Assembly (NCBI GenBank): GCA_963826785.1
Contig: CAWGYD010000005.1
Span: forward strand, 1 to 64,000
DNA: 64,000 nt
Reading direction: 5' to 3'
Source: an uncultured delta proteobacterium
GTDB lineage: Bacteria > Desulfobacterota > Desulfobacteria > Desulfobacterales > Desulfosalsimonadaceae
The notes beneath the pieces were generated by a model. The model searched no databases. It worked only from the letters and a program-made list of their open reading frames with translations, and was not told where the DNA came from. Below are positions 1 through 9,019 of the stretch, one piece after another (position 1 is the first letter of the stretch; each line of letters opens with the position of its first letter). A program made the position numbers and the translations under genes.

Positions 1-35
1 GGGGGATTGAGTGGTATTAATCCCCCATGAAGGAG

Positions 36-67
36 ATTCCCCCCTTGAGGGGGGCGAAGGGGGGTGT
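36..67. repeat. Family-A palindromic repeat, right arm (partner arm cut by window start)
   Basis: ATTCCCCCCTTGAGGGGGGCGAAGGGGGGTGT; 1-35 resembles the interior of the doublet at 11460-11646. Confidence 0.9.
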
Positions 68-239
68 TGGACCGGTGAGAAATCAAAAGATAGACGGGTG
101 AAAAACGTTTTACCGAGTTAACTTCCTTGAAAGTCGGCAATTTTTTTCATACCCTTGAAGTTGACCAGCAGGGTTTATTGACAATATTTTTTGAATTTCT
201 TACCTTATTTGCATCGATAACGATATGGAGGGAATGTTT

Positions 240-446
240 ATGCAGACAACGATATCGAGCAAATTCCAGGTGGTCATCCCAAAACCCGCGCGGGAACGCC
301 TCAATCTGAAACCGAAGCAGAAACTCACGGTGATTGAAAAAGACGGCATGCTGATCCTGGTGCCGCAGATGACGCTTGAGTCCCTGCGGGGCATGGCTGC
401 CGGCGCAAAAGTTAATGACTATCGGGACAAGACGGATCGTTTCTGA
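240..446 (+). CDS. AbrB/MazE/SpoVT-fold antitoxin (VapB-like)
   Basis: TTISSKFQVVIPK..RERLNLKP..KL signature; GGAGG precedes ATG 240; stop overlaps PIN gene start. Confidence 0.85.
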   Translation: MQTTISSKFQVVIPKPARERLNLKPKQKLTVIEKDGMLILVPQMTLESLRGMAAGAKVNDYRDKTDRF

Positions 447-820
447 TGCATGTGGTGGATTCCTGCGGCTGGCTGGAATGGTTTTCGGACGGCGCACTGG
501 CCGAGGCTTACGGCACTTATTTAACTGATGCGGAACAGCTCCTGGTCCCGGGCGTGGTTCTTTACGAAGTGTACAAGATTCTTAAAAGGGAGATCGGAGA
601 GGAGCGGGCCCTGTTTGCGGTCAGTTACATGAAGACGGCCACGGTGATTCCCATCGACGACCACATTGCCCTCAAGGCCGCGGATCTGGCGCTGCAGCAC
701 CATCTCGCCATGGCGGATGCCATGGTATATGCGACTGCGCTGATTCATGATTCCACGCTTTATACTTCAAATGCCGATTTTAAAGGATTGCCCATGGTTT
801 ATTGGGAAATGGTGATCTGA
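446..820 (+). CDS. vapC: PIN-domain toxin (VapC family)
   Basis: VVDSCGWLE...LYEVY...LAMADAMVYATA...LYTSNADF PIN pattern; coupled to antitoxin. Confidence 0.88.
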   Translation: MHVVDSCGWLEWFSDGALAEAYGTYLTDAEQLLVPGVVLYEVYKILKREIGEERALFAVSYMKTATVIPIDDHIALKAADLALQHHLAMADAMVYATALIHDSTLYTSNADFKGLPMVYWEMVI

Positions 821-853
821 TCGAGCATATCGGAAGGGTGGGGAAGGTCTTTT

Positions 854-1291
854 ATGATAAAAAATCCAGATTATGATAACAAAATAAAATATCTGGCCCG
901 GCAATATGGACTGTTGGAGATTTACGTCTTTGGGAGCCGCGCTGAGGAAGCCAAGATGCGGCTTGAAGGTGAAGAAGTAAAGGCGCATTTTCCCCGCTCG
1001 GATCTTGATATCGGGATTCGGGTAAGAAATGCTTCAGATTTGGGTGTTTTGGAGCGGGTGAATTTGAGCATTGCGTTTGAGGACTTATTTGAAGTCTCGC
1101 GCGTTGATCTGGTCATTTTAAATGAAGCGGATCCATTTCTTGCACTCGATATCATAAAAGGCAGCCTTATTTTTGCCAAGGATTTAGATGATCAGGCCCG
1201 TTACGAACTCTTTGTGATGCGACGTGCCGGGGATCTTCTACCTTTTAAAAGAGCACGCATGAAGGCAATTCTGAATGAAGGTGGCAGATGA
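854..1291 (+). CDS. Minimal nucleotidyltransferase (MNT/MntA-type antitoxin)
   Basis: YVFGSRA...SDLDIG, RVDLVIL; overlaps the downstream HEPN gene (ATGA). Confidence 0.85.
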   Translation: MIKNPDYDNKIKYLARQYGLLEIYVFGSRAEEAKMRLEGEEVKAHFPRSDLDIGIRVRNASDLGVLERVNLSIAFEDLFEVSRVDLVILNEADPFLALDIIKGSLIFAKDLDDQARYELFVMRRAGDLLPFKRARMKAILNEGGR

Positions 1292-1749
1292 GCGCCGGTT
1301 TGATTCGTACAAGCGTTGTTGCGGAGCGCATTGCCTGGGTGCGGCAAATGGTGCAGGGGATACGTAGCCTTCCGATGTCAGATTATGAAAGTTTTGTTAA
1401 AGAAGCGCACAATGTGGCGGCGGCGGAATCTTATTTGCGTCGAGCCCTGGAAGCGGTTTTGGATTTGGGACGTCACGTGCTGGCCAAAGGATTCAGTATT
1501 GTTGTTGATGAATATAGAGAAATCGGTACAAAATTATATGAAGAAGGCGTTATTGATGAAAATGGTCGATTATTGCTGAGGCAAATGGCGGGATACCGCA
1601 ATCGTATGGTCCATTTTTATCATGAAGTATCCAAAAAGGAACTTTACGAAATATGTACACAGCGGTTGCCCGATATTGAAATTGTCTGCGATGGGATCAT
1701 TGATTGGTTAAAACAGAATCCAGCGGCAATGGATGAATTGTTTTCTTAA
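1288..1749 (+). CDS. HEPN/DUF86 toxin (HepT-like RNase)
   Basis: RNRMVHFY = RX4HXY motif; paired with MNT. Confidence 0.87.
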   Translation: MSAGLIRTSVVAERIAWVRQMVQGIRSLPMSDYESFVKEAHNVAAAESYLRRALEAVLDLGRHVLAKGFSIVVDEYREIGTKLYEEGVIDENGRLLLRQMAGYRNRMVHFYHEVSKKELYEICTQRLPDIEIVCDGIIDWLKQNPAAMDELFS

Positions 1750-1906
1750 TTTCGTAATAGCATTGAGTTAAAATTCCCCAATAACAGGGGAATGGAGTAG
1801 AACCTGAGAAAATTCCCCAAGAAAGGGGGAATGGAGTAGAACCCTGATAAAATTTCAACCAAGGGAGGGATGGATTAGAATTCCTTCATAAAATTCCCCC
1901 CTTGAG

Positions 1907-2155
1907 GGCATAGGCGCTAACTTAATGACCGATGCAATATCTTCTAATTTGTCGTTCCTCTTAAGAGCGTCATTCCGGCAGTCTTTAAGCCGGAATCCAG
2001 GAAGACGAAATGAACAGGCAACCAGCGGTATACATTCTTGCAAATAAAAGAAACGGCACCCTTTGCTATTCATTGGATTCCGGCTAAAAGACTGCCGGAA
2101 TGACATAAAGGATGATTACGAGGGGGATACTATGCGTTAAGTTAGCGCTTATGCC
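1907..2155. mobile_element. 249-bp MITE-like insertion with 19-bp terminal inverted repeats and a target duplication
   Basis: GGCATAGGCGCTAACTTAA (1907-1925) / TTAAGTTAGCGCTTATGCC (2137-2155), 1 mismatch; CCTTGAG duplicated at 1900-1906 and 2156-2162 (exact TSD length ambiguous). Confidence 0.85.
2010..2087 (+). pseudogene. N-terminal remnant of a small GIY-YIG endonuclease
   Basis: Translates MNRQPAVYILANKRNGTLCYSLDSG*, matching the ..QPAVYILASKRNGTLYIG.. start of standalone GIY-YIG nucleases; flanked by a 31-bp inverted palindrome pair at 1969-1999 and 2074-2104. Confidence 0.75.
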
Positions 2156-2344
2156 CCTTGAGGGGGGGCAGGGGGGGTGTTCCGGCTGGCACCCGAAACA
2201 CAAATAGTGATGGATTAGAATTCCTTCATAAAATTCCCCCCTTGAGGGGGGGCAGGGGGGGTGTTCCGGCTGGCACCCGGAACACAAATAGTGATGGTTA
2301 TACGATCTCCTCAAAGCAGATACACTGGAAGGGAGCAGGACATA

Positions 2345-3541
2345 ATGGGTGCGCTGACCGGCAAAAATATTGTTTTGGGGGTAAGCGGCGGGATTGCGGC
2401 GTATAAGAGTGTGGAACTGCTGCGGCTGCTGCAGAAGGCGGGGGCGGAGGTCCGGGTGGTGATGACCCAAAACGCCAAATGGTTTGTCGGCCCCATGACA
2501 TTTGAAGCCATTTCCGGCCATCCGGTGTATTCCGGGATGTTCGGCGAACAGGCGGACCCGGGGATGAGCCACATTTCCTGGGCGGAAGCAGCCGACGCCG
2601 TGGTGATCGCGCCGGCCACGGCCAATATCATCGGAAAACTGGCCAACGGGATTGCAGACGATGCCCTGTCGACCTTCATGCTGGTGGTGACCGCCCCAAA
2701 GATCATCTGTCCGGCCATGAACACCCACATGTATGAAAATCGAAGCGTGCAGCGCAACCTGGATGTCCTGGAAAAAGACGGCTACACCATTGTCGAACCC
2801 GGGGCGGGGGAATTGGCCTGCAAGGCGGTGGGGCCGGGACGTTTGGCCGATCCGGCGACCATACTGGAGTATGTTCTCTCCGCTTTTCACCCCCGGGACC
2901 TGGCGGGCAAAAAAGTGCTCGTCACGGCCGGTCCCACCCGGGAATACATCGACCCGGTCCGTTTCATCAGCAACCCGTCTTCCGGCAAGATGGGGTATGC
3001 CATTGCCCGGGCCGCGGCTATGCGGGGGGCGGAAGTGGTGCTGGTTTCCGGGCCGACAGCATTGTCAGAGCCCATAGGGGTTGAACGGGTCGATGTGGAT
3101 ACCGTCGATCAGATGGCCCATGCGGTGTTTGAACAGATGGATTCATCCGATATCATCATCAAGGTGGCGGCCGTATCCGATTACCGGCCGGAAGCAGCGG
3201 AGTCTCATAAGATTAAAAAACATGCTGATGAACTGACCCTGAAGCTGGTTAAAACGACCGATATCCTCTATGAACTGGGCAAGCGGAAAAAGCCGGGCCA
3301 GGTGCTGGTCGGTTTTGCCGCCGAAACCCGGGATCTTGAAGAAAATGCCCTTAAAAAGCTTAAAGCCAAAAATCTGGACATGATCGCCGGCAACCTTATC
3401 GGCGCAGCCGATTCCGGGTTCGGCGTCGATACCAACCGGATCAACCTGTTTTTCCGGGATGGGTCCGTGGAGGAACTGCCGGTCATGGATAAGGATGCTG
3501 CCGCCCATGTGATCCTGGACCGGATTGTCAGTTCTTTTTAA
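2345..3541 (+). CDS. coaBC: Bifunctional phosphopantothenoylcysteine decarboxylase/ligase
   Basis: [55 protein letters not shown]; start set at ATG 2345 because the upstream extension is repeat-derived. Confidence 0.97.
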   Translation: MGALTGKNIVLGVSGGIAAYKSVELLRLLQKAGAEVRVVMTQNAKWFVGPMTFEAISGHPVYSGMFGEQADPGMSHISWAEAADAVVIAPATANIIGKLANGIADDALSTFMLVVTAPKIICPAMNTHMYENRSVQRNLDVLEKDGYTIVEPGAGELACKAVGPGRLADPATILEYVLSAFHPRDLAGKKVLVTAGPTREYIDPVRFISNPSSGKMGYAIARAAAMRGAEVVLVSGPTALSEPIGVERVDVDTVDQMAHAVFEQMDSSDIIIKVAAVSDYRPEAAESHKIKKHADELTLKLVKTTDILYELGKRKKPGQVLVGFAAETRDLEENALKKLKAKNLDMIAGNLIGAADSGFGVDTNRINLFFRDGSVEELPVMDKDAAAHVILDRIVSSF

Positions 3542-3604
3542 AGCATTTTTGGCCTAAATGCTTGATTTGAAAATAAAATTTTTCGTTTGCAGTCCCTGTT
3601 TTGT

Positions 3605-3643
3605 TTGACACTTCGGCTATGATGATATATAGACATATATATC
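3605..3643 (+). promoter_or_regulatory. Putative sigma70 promoter with overlapping palindromic operator for the TA operon
   Basis: TTGACA at 3605-3610; GATATATA-GACA-TATATATC inverted repeat at 3624-3643 over the -10 region. Confidence 0.5.
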
Positions 3644-3709
3644 TAACACCAAAACGCCTACTGGAGTTATATGCATAAGCAAATATTTTTCTGTGAATAA
3701 GGAACGCAA

Positions 3710-3943
3710 ATGGGCAGCAAAAGGACCATCATCACGATTGACGACGAAAATAAGATTTGGTTGGAAACCTATAGCAATTCACTGGGCATATCCATGGCCG
3801 AAGCGATTAGAAGAGGGATACGATGCCTGAGAGAAAATCAGCATCGAATGCTGTACAAGGATCTGGTGCAGCAGACCCGGGGAAAATGGAAAAAGGGCGA
3901 TGGGATGAAATACCAGAACCAAATTCGGGCCGAATGGGATTGA
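3710..3943 (+). CDS. CopG/RHH-type antitoxin
   Basis: KRTIITIDD...GISMAEAIRRGI ribbon-helix-helix pattern; C-terminal IRAEWD typical of VapB partners. Confidence 0.78.
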   Translation: MGSKRTIITIDDENKIWLETYSNSLGISMAEAIRRGIRCLRENQHRMLYKDLVQQTRGKWKKGDGMKYQNQIRAEWD

Positions 3944-3947
3944 GGTG

Positions 3948-4322
3948 ATGACAAAACGGCTTTTAGATTCTGTTATTCTCATTGATCATTTAAACAGTAT
4001 TGAAGCAGCAAGCGAGTTTATCAGATCACTTGAACCTCGGGAAACGGCCATTTCCGTGATCACGTATGCGGAAATTATGGTGGGTATCGACGAAATGGAT
4101 AAATCAATCATTAAATCATTCCTTTATCAGTTTGAACGATTCTCAATTGATATTGATATCGCAGACAAAGCAGCTGATTTGCGAAAAAAATACAGGTGGA
4201 AATTACCGGATGCTTTTCAGGCGGCCCTGGCCGTTCATCATAAAGTTTTACTTACAACAAGAAACATAAAGGATTTTCCACCCGAGAAGCATGGATTTGT
4301 CGAAATACCATATACAATTTGA
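3948..4322 (+). CDS. vapC: PIN-domain toxin (VapC family)
   Basis: LLDSVILID, SVITYAE, KLPDAFQAA, LTTRNIKDF. Confidence 0.9.
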   Translation: MTKRLLDSVILIDHLNSIEAASEFIRSLEPRETAISVITYAEIMVGIDEMDKSIIKSFLYQFERFSIDIDIADKAADLRKKYRWKLPDAFQAALAVHHKVLLTTRNIKDFPPEKHGFVEIPYTI

Positions 4323-4412
4323 AGGAATACTCACTATACAATATAAGGTATAATGTAATTTTATATTGGGATTTCAGTCGATTGTGAAAATCAGATATTG
4401 GAATGGTGCAGT

Positions 4413-4706
4413 ATGCAAAAAAAGATCCTTTTGGACTTTTTACAAAAGAATAAGGAACATTACAGAAATAAGTACGGGATCACCAAAATAGGATTGTTTG
4501 GCAGTTATGCCCGGTGTGAAGAAGATGAGCAAAGCGATATCGATGTTGTGGTTGAAATCGAGAAAAGTATGAAAAACATACATAATTTTTTAAATTTCAA
4601 ACGTGAACTTGAACGGTCAATCGGCAAAGAGATCGATTTGGGCATTGAAAGTGCTTTAAAACCCGTTGCGAAAGAAATCATTCAAAGAGATATCACCTAT
4701 GTCTAA
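4413..4706 (+). CDS. Minimal nucleotidyltransferase (MNT antitoxin)
   Basis: GLFGSYARCEEDEQSDIDVVV = GSX10DXD. Confidence 0.9.
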   Translation: MQKKILLDFLQKNKEHYRNKYGITKIGLFGSYARCEEDEQSDIDVVVEIEKSMKNIHNFLNFKRELERSIGKEIDLGIESALKPVAKEIIQRDITYV

Positions 4707-5040
4707 GCGGGAGGAAAAGCTTTATTTGACCGATGTCTTTGAATCAATCACTGCAATAGAATCTTATACCAGCGCTTTATCAGCTGAAGAGTTTGTAACG
4801 GACAGAAAAACATATAATGCCACCATCAGAGAATTTCAGATTATTGGGGAAGCAGTCAGCAAGTTGAGCGATTTCACAATTGAGAAGTATCCAGGCATTG
4901 AATGGAGGGATATAAAGGACTTCAGAAATCTTCTTGTTCATGAGTACTTCGGCGTGGATCTGGAGATGGTATGGAATATCATTGTTGACGATCTGCCCAA
5001 GTTAAAATCAGCTGTTAACGAATTGCTGGGATTTAAATGA
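4699..5040 (+). CDS. HEPN/DUF86 toxin
   Basis: IIGEA, EWRDIKDFRNLLVHEYFGVDLEMVW (RX4HXY). Confidence 0.9.
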   Translation: MSKREEKLYLTDVFESITAIESYTSALSAEEFVTDRKTYNATIREFQIIGEAVSKLSDFTIEKYPGIEWRDIKDFRNLLVHEYFGVDLEMVWNIIVDDLPKLKSAVNELLGFK

Positions 5041-5735
5041 CGTCTCAAAAAAAAGCCTTTATCGAAATTACCCGCGATATCAATGCGCACCTGAATTTTC
5101 TGCTGGATCTTGATTTGCCGGGGGTGAACTGTTCCGAAAAAACCCTCGAGATTATCCGATCGTGGGAGGGCACGGCGCCGATTCGCGGGAAGACCGTGAA
5201 GGAAATCCATGCCGAACTGCGGCAATGCCGGGGCTGCGCATTGGCCGACAAACGAAACAGCGTGGTGCTGGGGGACGGCAACCCCAGGGCGAAGCTGATG
5301 TTTATCGGCGGAATCCCGGAGGCAAGGGACAATCTGACCGGAATTTCCTACAGCGGAAAGGCAGGGGAACTGCTGACCAACATGATCAAGGCCATGAAAC
5401 TCTCCCGGGAGCAGGTGTATATCTGCCATGCGGTTAAATGCCGCTGCAGCGACGATTCTCTTATGGCGGATGCGGTCCGTGCCTGTAAAATTCCCCTCAA
5501 AAGGGAACTTGCGGCGATAAAACCTGTGATCATCTGCACCCTGGGGGAGGTGGCCGCCAGGACATTGCTGAAGACATCCCAGCCGGTTTCGCGGCTGCGG
5601 GGGCGGTTTCATGACTACAAGGGAATCCGCGTCATGCCGGTTTACGCGCCCGAGGACATGCTGGAAGATCCGTCCCTCAAGCGTCCGGCGTGGGAGGACC
5701 TTCAACTGGTGATGGAGGCGTATAAAAATATTTGA
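5037..5735 (+). CDS. Uracil-DNA glycosylase family 4-like protein with degenerate catalytic motifs
   Basis: CRGCAL..R..VVLGDGNPRAKLMFIG, KAGELLTNMI, VKC, LGEVAA, LRGRF; usual position after coaBC. Confidence 0.8.
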   Translation: MTSQKKAFIEITRDINAHLNFLLDLDLPGVNCSEKTLEIIRSWEGTAPIRGKTVKEIHAELRQCRGCALADKRNSVVLGDGNPRAKLMFIGGIPEARDNLTGISYSGKAGELLTNMIKAMKLSREQVYICHAVKCRCSDDSLMADAVRACKIPLKRELAAIKPVIICTLGEVAARTLLKTSQPVSRLRGRFHDYKGIRVMPVYAPEDMLEDPSLKRPAWEDLQLVMEAYKNI

Positions 5736-5827
5736 CTTTTCATGCCGCCAATCCCAAATTTGGGATGTATTCTATTATGTTTAGACAGGCGGGTGTTTTT
5801 CTGCGAGAAGGCCGACACCCTACTTCG

Positions 5828-6197
5828 ACACCCCCCTTCGCCCCCCTCAAGGGGGGAATTGGGGAAGGGAGAGGGAGGAGGCTTGTCCAGCCTCTCGCTC
5901 TGCGGATAATAGGCAAAAAGACATCATAGAGACAGCAAGCGTTGCTTATTCAGCAGGATATGGCTCTTCGGGATGTAAATGTATATTCCCCCCTCGACAC
6001 CCCCCTTCGCCCCCCTCAAGGGGGGAATTGGAGAAGGTAGAGGGATTTTAGAGAAGGGAGCCTGCCGAAATTGAATCGCGCCGCGCATGAAATAGATAAA
6101 AAACACCTCAGATGCAGAAGTAGATGTATTCAATAGGATAACAACCATTTAGGGCATAAATGTATATTCCCCCCTTGAGGGGGGCGCAGGGGGGTGT
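5828..6197. repeat. Family-A cluster: left arms 5828-5860 and 5997-6029, right arm 6166-6197
   Basis: ACACCCCCCTTCGCCCCCCTCAAGGGGGGAATT twice, plus a reverse-complement arm. Confidence 0.9.
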
Positions 6198-6418
6198 TCC
6201 GCAAGGAAGAATATAGACGGGACCGGCACACAATCATAGCAAGGGATGGATTAAGAAGGCTTTTTGCCGAATCGGCAATTATTCATTTGACAATTTTCTA
6301 ACCGGATGTTTTAAAGATATCAATTAAATAGCATTGCTTTTTCCAGCGGGGGCCGCAGACCTCCGCTTTATATTTTCTGGATGTTAAAAAAAAAATCGAA
6401 AAGGAGTGGTATCAGGGT

Positions 6419-6742
6419 ATGGCAAAGAAAGAAAAACCGACCAAGGAAAAGCCGCTTGAAAAGCTGACCGCAACGGAACTTCGTAAAATGGCCATGGAGA
6501 TTCCCGACATTACCGGTGCACACGGCATGAACAAGGCCGAACTCATCAAGTCGATCAAGGCAGCCAAAGGGATCAAGGAGGACGGCTCGAAAAAAATCGG
6601 CCTCGATGTCCGTGAAACCAAGCAGAAGATCCGCAAGCTCAAATCCGCGCGGGAAAATTTTCTTGAACAGGACAATCAGAAAATGGCCGATGTGTATCGA
6701 CGCCGGATCAGCTCGCTGAAGAAGAAGACCCGGAGGGCGTAA
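6419..6742 (+). CDS. Small basic protein with Rho-N-terminal-like domain
   Basis: LEKLTATELRKMA..I.GAHGMNKAELIKSI; AAGGAG RBS. Confidence 0.7.
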   Translation: MAKKEKPTKEKPLEKLTATELRKMAMEIPDITGAHGMNKAELIKSIKAAKGIKEDGSKKIGLDVRETKQKIRKLKSARENFLEQDNQKMADVYRRRISSLKKKTRRA

Positions 6743-6753
6743 ATATCAGTCGG

Positions 6754-7347
6754 ATGAAGCAGCAGACCCGAGAGCGGGTGGCGCCTTCCCGGATTGCATT
6801 TGATATCGACGGGGTGTTTGCGGATACGATGACCCTGTTCCTGCAGATCGCTGAAAATGATTTCGGCCTGTATGGTCTGCAGTATGAGCACATCACGGAT
6901 TACGATGTCAAAGGCCTGCCCGGGATGACCCAGGTACTGGTCGGGGAGATCGTCGAGCGGATCCTGGACGGCAGTCACCGATTCGATTTAAAGGCTTTAG
7001 ATGGGGCAACCCGTGTCCTGAAGCGGATTAACCGCCGTCACCGGCCGACGCTCTTTGTCACCGCCCGGCCGAATGCGGACCAGATATTCGGTTGGATTCT
7101 GGATCGGCTCAGCCTGGAGGCGGAGAATATCGAGGTGGTGGCCACCGGTTCTTTCGAGGATAAAATCGATGTGCTCCTGGAGCATGAAATCGGCTACTTT
7201 GTCGAAGATCGGCTGGAAACCTGTTTTCTGCTGGAAAAGGTGGGCATCCGCCCCATCGTATTTGCCCAGCCCTGGAATCGGAAACCCCATCCGTTCATCG
7301 AGGTGAAAAATTGGCATGAACTTGAAGACCTGATTGAATTTGAATGA
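6754..7347 (+). CDS. HAD-superfamily hydrolase (5'(3')-deoxyribonucleotidase-like)
   Basis: IAFDIDGVFAD, FVTARP, FVEDR, QPWN. Confidence 0.8.
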   Translation: MKQQTRERVAPSRIAFDIDGVFADTMTLFLQIAENDFGLYGLQYEHITDYDVKGLPGMTQVLVGEIVERILDGSHRFDLKALDGATRVLKRINRRHRPTLFVTARPNADQIFGWILDRLSLEAENIEVVATGSFEDKIDVLLEHEIGYFVEDRLETCFLLEKVGIRPIVFAQPWNRKPHPFIEVKNWHELEDLIEFE

Positions 7348-8300
7348 ATTCATCCTCATCAAAGCAGATGCTCGATTCCTTTATCGGCTTTCTTTCGGCT
7401 GAAAAAGGCTATTCGGACAATACCTGCCGGGCCTATGCCCGGGATCTGGATGATTTTCTGATTTTTTTCAATAATAACCGGGCGCTTTGCATCACGCAGG
7501 ATGATGTGGATGACCCGCCGGACACGGAAACGGACCTAAACGATCTCGAACGCACCAGCGCCCTGATTATCCGCAATTACCTGGGGGTGCTTCACAAGCA
7601 GAAGATCAAGAAATCCTCCGTTGCCCGGAAGCTGTCTTCCATCCGGTCGTTTTTCAAGTTTCTGGAAAAGCACGGAGTGGTAACGCATAATCCGGCGGAG
7701 GCGGTTTTGACCCCCCGCCAGGATAAACCGATCCCCAATTACCTCACGGTGGACGATGTGTTCAGGCTGCTTGATTCCATCAGGACCGACAGCATCTCAG
7801 GCAAGCGCAACCGGGCCATTCTGGAGGCAATGTATTCAACCGGCATTCGGGTGTCCGAACTGGTGGGGTTGAATATTCCGGATGTCGATTTTTCCGGAAA
7901 AACGATTCGGGTGCTGGGAAAAGGAAACACGGAGCGGGTTGTCCCCATCGGTAAAACCGCGCTGGAAACCATCCGGCAATACCGGGATGCGCTGGATCAG
8001 AAGGACGCTCCCATAAACCGGAAAGGGCCATTATTTCTGAACAAGGACAAGGGCCGCCTGACCGCCCGGTCCGTCGCCCGGATTCTGGATGCGGCGGCCC
8101 GAAAAGCCGGCATCACCGTGCCGGTGGCCCCGCATGACCTGCGGCATTCGTTTGCCACGCACATGCTGGATGCCGGGGTGGATCTGCGGGCGGTGCAGGA
8201 ACTGCTTGGACACCGGCAGCTCTCCACCACCCAGAAATACACGCATGTGAGCATCGACCGCCTGATGAAGGCCTATGATGATGCGCATCCCAGAAAGTAG
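7344..8300 (+). CDS. xerC: Tyrosine recombinase XerC
   Basis: TGIRVSEL, GKGN, HDLRHSFATH, LGH, TTQKYTHV; synteny with hslVU. Confidence 0.92.
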   Translation: MNSSSSKQMLDSFIGFLSAEKGYSDNTCRAYARDLDDFLIFFNNNRALCITQDDVDDPPDTETDLNDLERTSALIIRNYLGVLHKQKIKKSSVARKLSSIRSFFKFLEKHGVVTHNPAEAVLTPRQDKPIPNYLTVDDVFRLLDSIRTDSISGKRNRAILEAMYSTGIRVSELVGLNIPDVDFSGKTIRVLGKGNTERVVPIGKTALETIRQYRDALDQKDAPINRKGPLFLNKDKGRLTARSVARILDAAARKAGITVPVAPHDLRHSFATHMLDAGVDLRAVQELLGHRQLSTTQKYTHVSIDRLMKAYDDAHPRK

Positions 8301-8301
8301 A

Positions 8302-8443
8302 TTTTCTGATGGAAAGCACATCTTTTGGCCCAAGACGGCGTTCTCGGAATTTTTCGATCCTCAACGTAGCGAAACTACGCCTGCGGTCGAAAAATTCCTG
8401 CGGCCTTGTCTTGAACCAAAATCTGCACTTTCCATTCAGAAAA
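8302..8443. mobile_element. ~140-bp long-hairpin MITE-like element (family C)
   Basis: TTTTCTGATGGAAAG / CTTTCCATTCAGAAAA ends; nested stems; central core homologous to 27759-27899. Confidence 0.7.
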
Positions 8444-8465
8444 CAGAAAGCATAACGGTTTGAAT

Positions 8466-9005
8466 ATGAATTTTCACGGCACCACGATATTGGCGGTACG
8501 GCACAGGGGAAAGGTTGCGGTGGCCGGTGACGGCCAGGTGACCCTGGGCGAGTCGGTCATCAAGCACAAGGCGAAAAAAGTCCGGCGGATCTACAATGAC
8601 CGGATCATCGTCGGGTTTGCCGGGGCCACGGCCGATGCCTTGAATCTTTCCGAGAAACTCGAAGGAAAGCTGGAGCGCTACAACGGCAACCTGACCCGGG
8701 CGGCGGTGGAACTGGCCCGGGACTGGCGCACGGACAAATTCCTGCGCCGCCTGGAAGCCATGATGATCGCAGTCGATGCCGATCAGATGCTTCTGCTGTC
8801 CGGAAATGGAGACGTCATCGAACCGGACGAGGGGATCATCGCCATCGGCTCCGGCGGTGTGGCCGCGCGGTCTGCGGCCCTGGCCCTGCTGCGGCACGCG
8901 GACCCGGACCGCTTCACCGCCCGCCAGATCGTCCAGGACGCCATGGAGATCGCAGCCGAAACCTGCATCTATACGAATCACTCCATTACTGTGGAGGAGT
9001 TGTAG
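8466..9005 (+). CDS. hslV: ATP-dependent protease peptidase subunit HslV
   Basis: [37 protein letters not shown]. Confidence 0.97.
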   Translation: MNFHGTTILAVRHRGKVAVAGDGQVTLGESVIKHKAKKVRRIYNDRIIVGFAGATADALNLSEKLEGKLERYNGNLTRAAVELARDWRTDKFLRRLEAMMIAVDADQMLLLSGNGDVIEPDEGIIAIGSGGVAARSAALALLRHADPDRFTARQIVQDAMEIAAETCIYTNHSITVEEL

Positions 9006-9019
9006 GGTAGCGGGGGGCG

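Larger units (their letters stand above)
1771..2296. repeat. Family-A repeat cluster: three degenerate ~40-bp hairpin units, a right arm split by a MITE, then an ~84-bp tandem duplication containing a second right arm
   Basis: AAATTCCCC..GGGGAATGGAGTAGAA-like units at 1771, 1810, 1850; arms at 1893-1906/2156-2180 and ~2233-2265. Confidence 0.85.

Noticed and set aside
36..67. Family-A repeats as simple intrinsic terminators
   Set aside because: Most lack U tracts, occur as inverted doublets within co-directional gene runs, and share sequence across loci. A side effect on mRNA stability or G-quadruplex formation is not excluded.
5732..6148. Short ORFs containing PPFAPLKGG / PPLRGARG peptides (also at 2158, 16382, 16500, 20149, 41140 and 46252)
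   Set aside because: These are translations of family-A repeats with no independent coding evidence.
7344..8300. Tyrosine recombinase as an integron or phage integrase acting on the repeats
   Set aside because: Motifs and xerC-hslV-hslU-argB synteny indicate housekeeping XerC; there is no IntI-specific insertion and no attC-type core sites.
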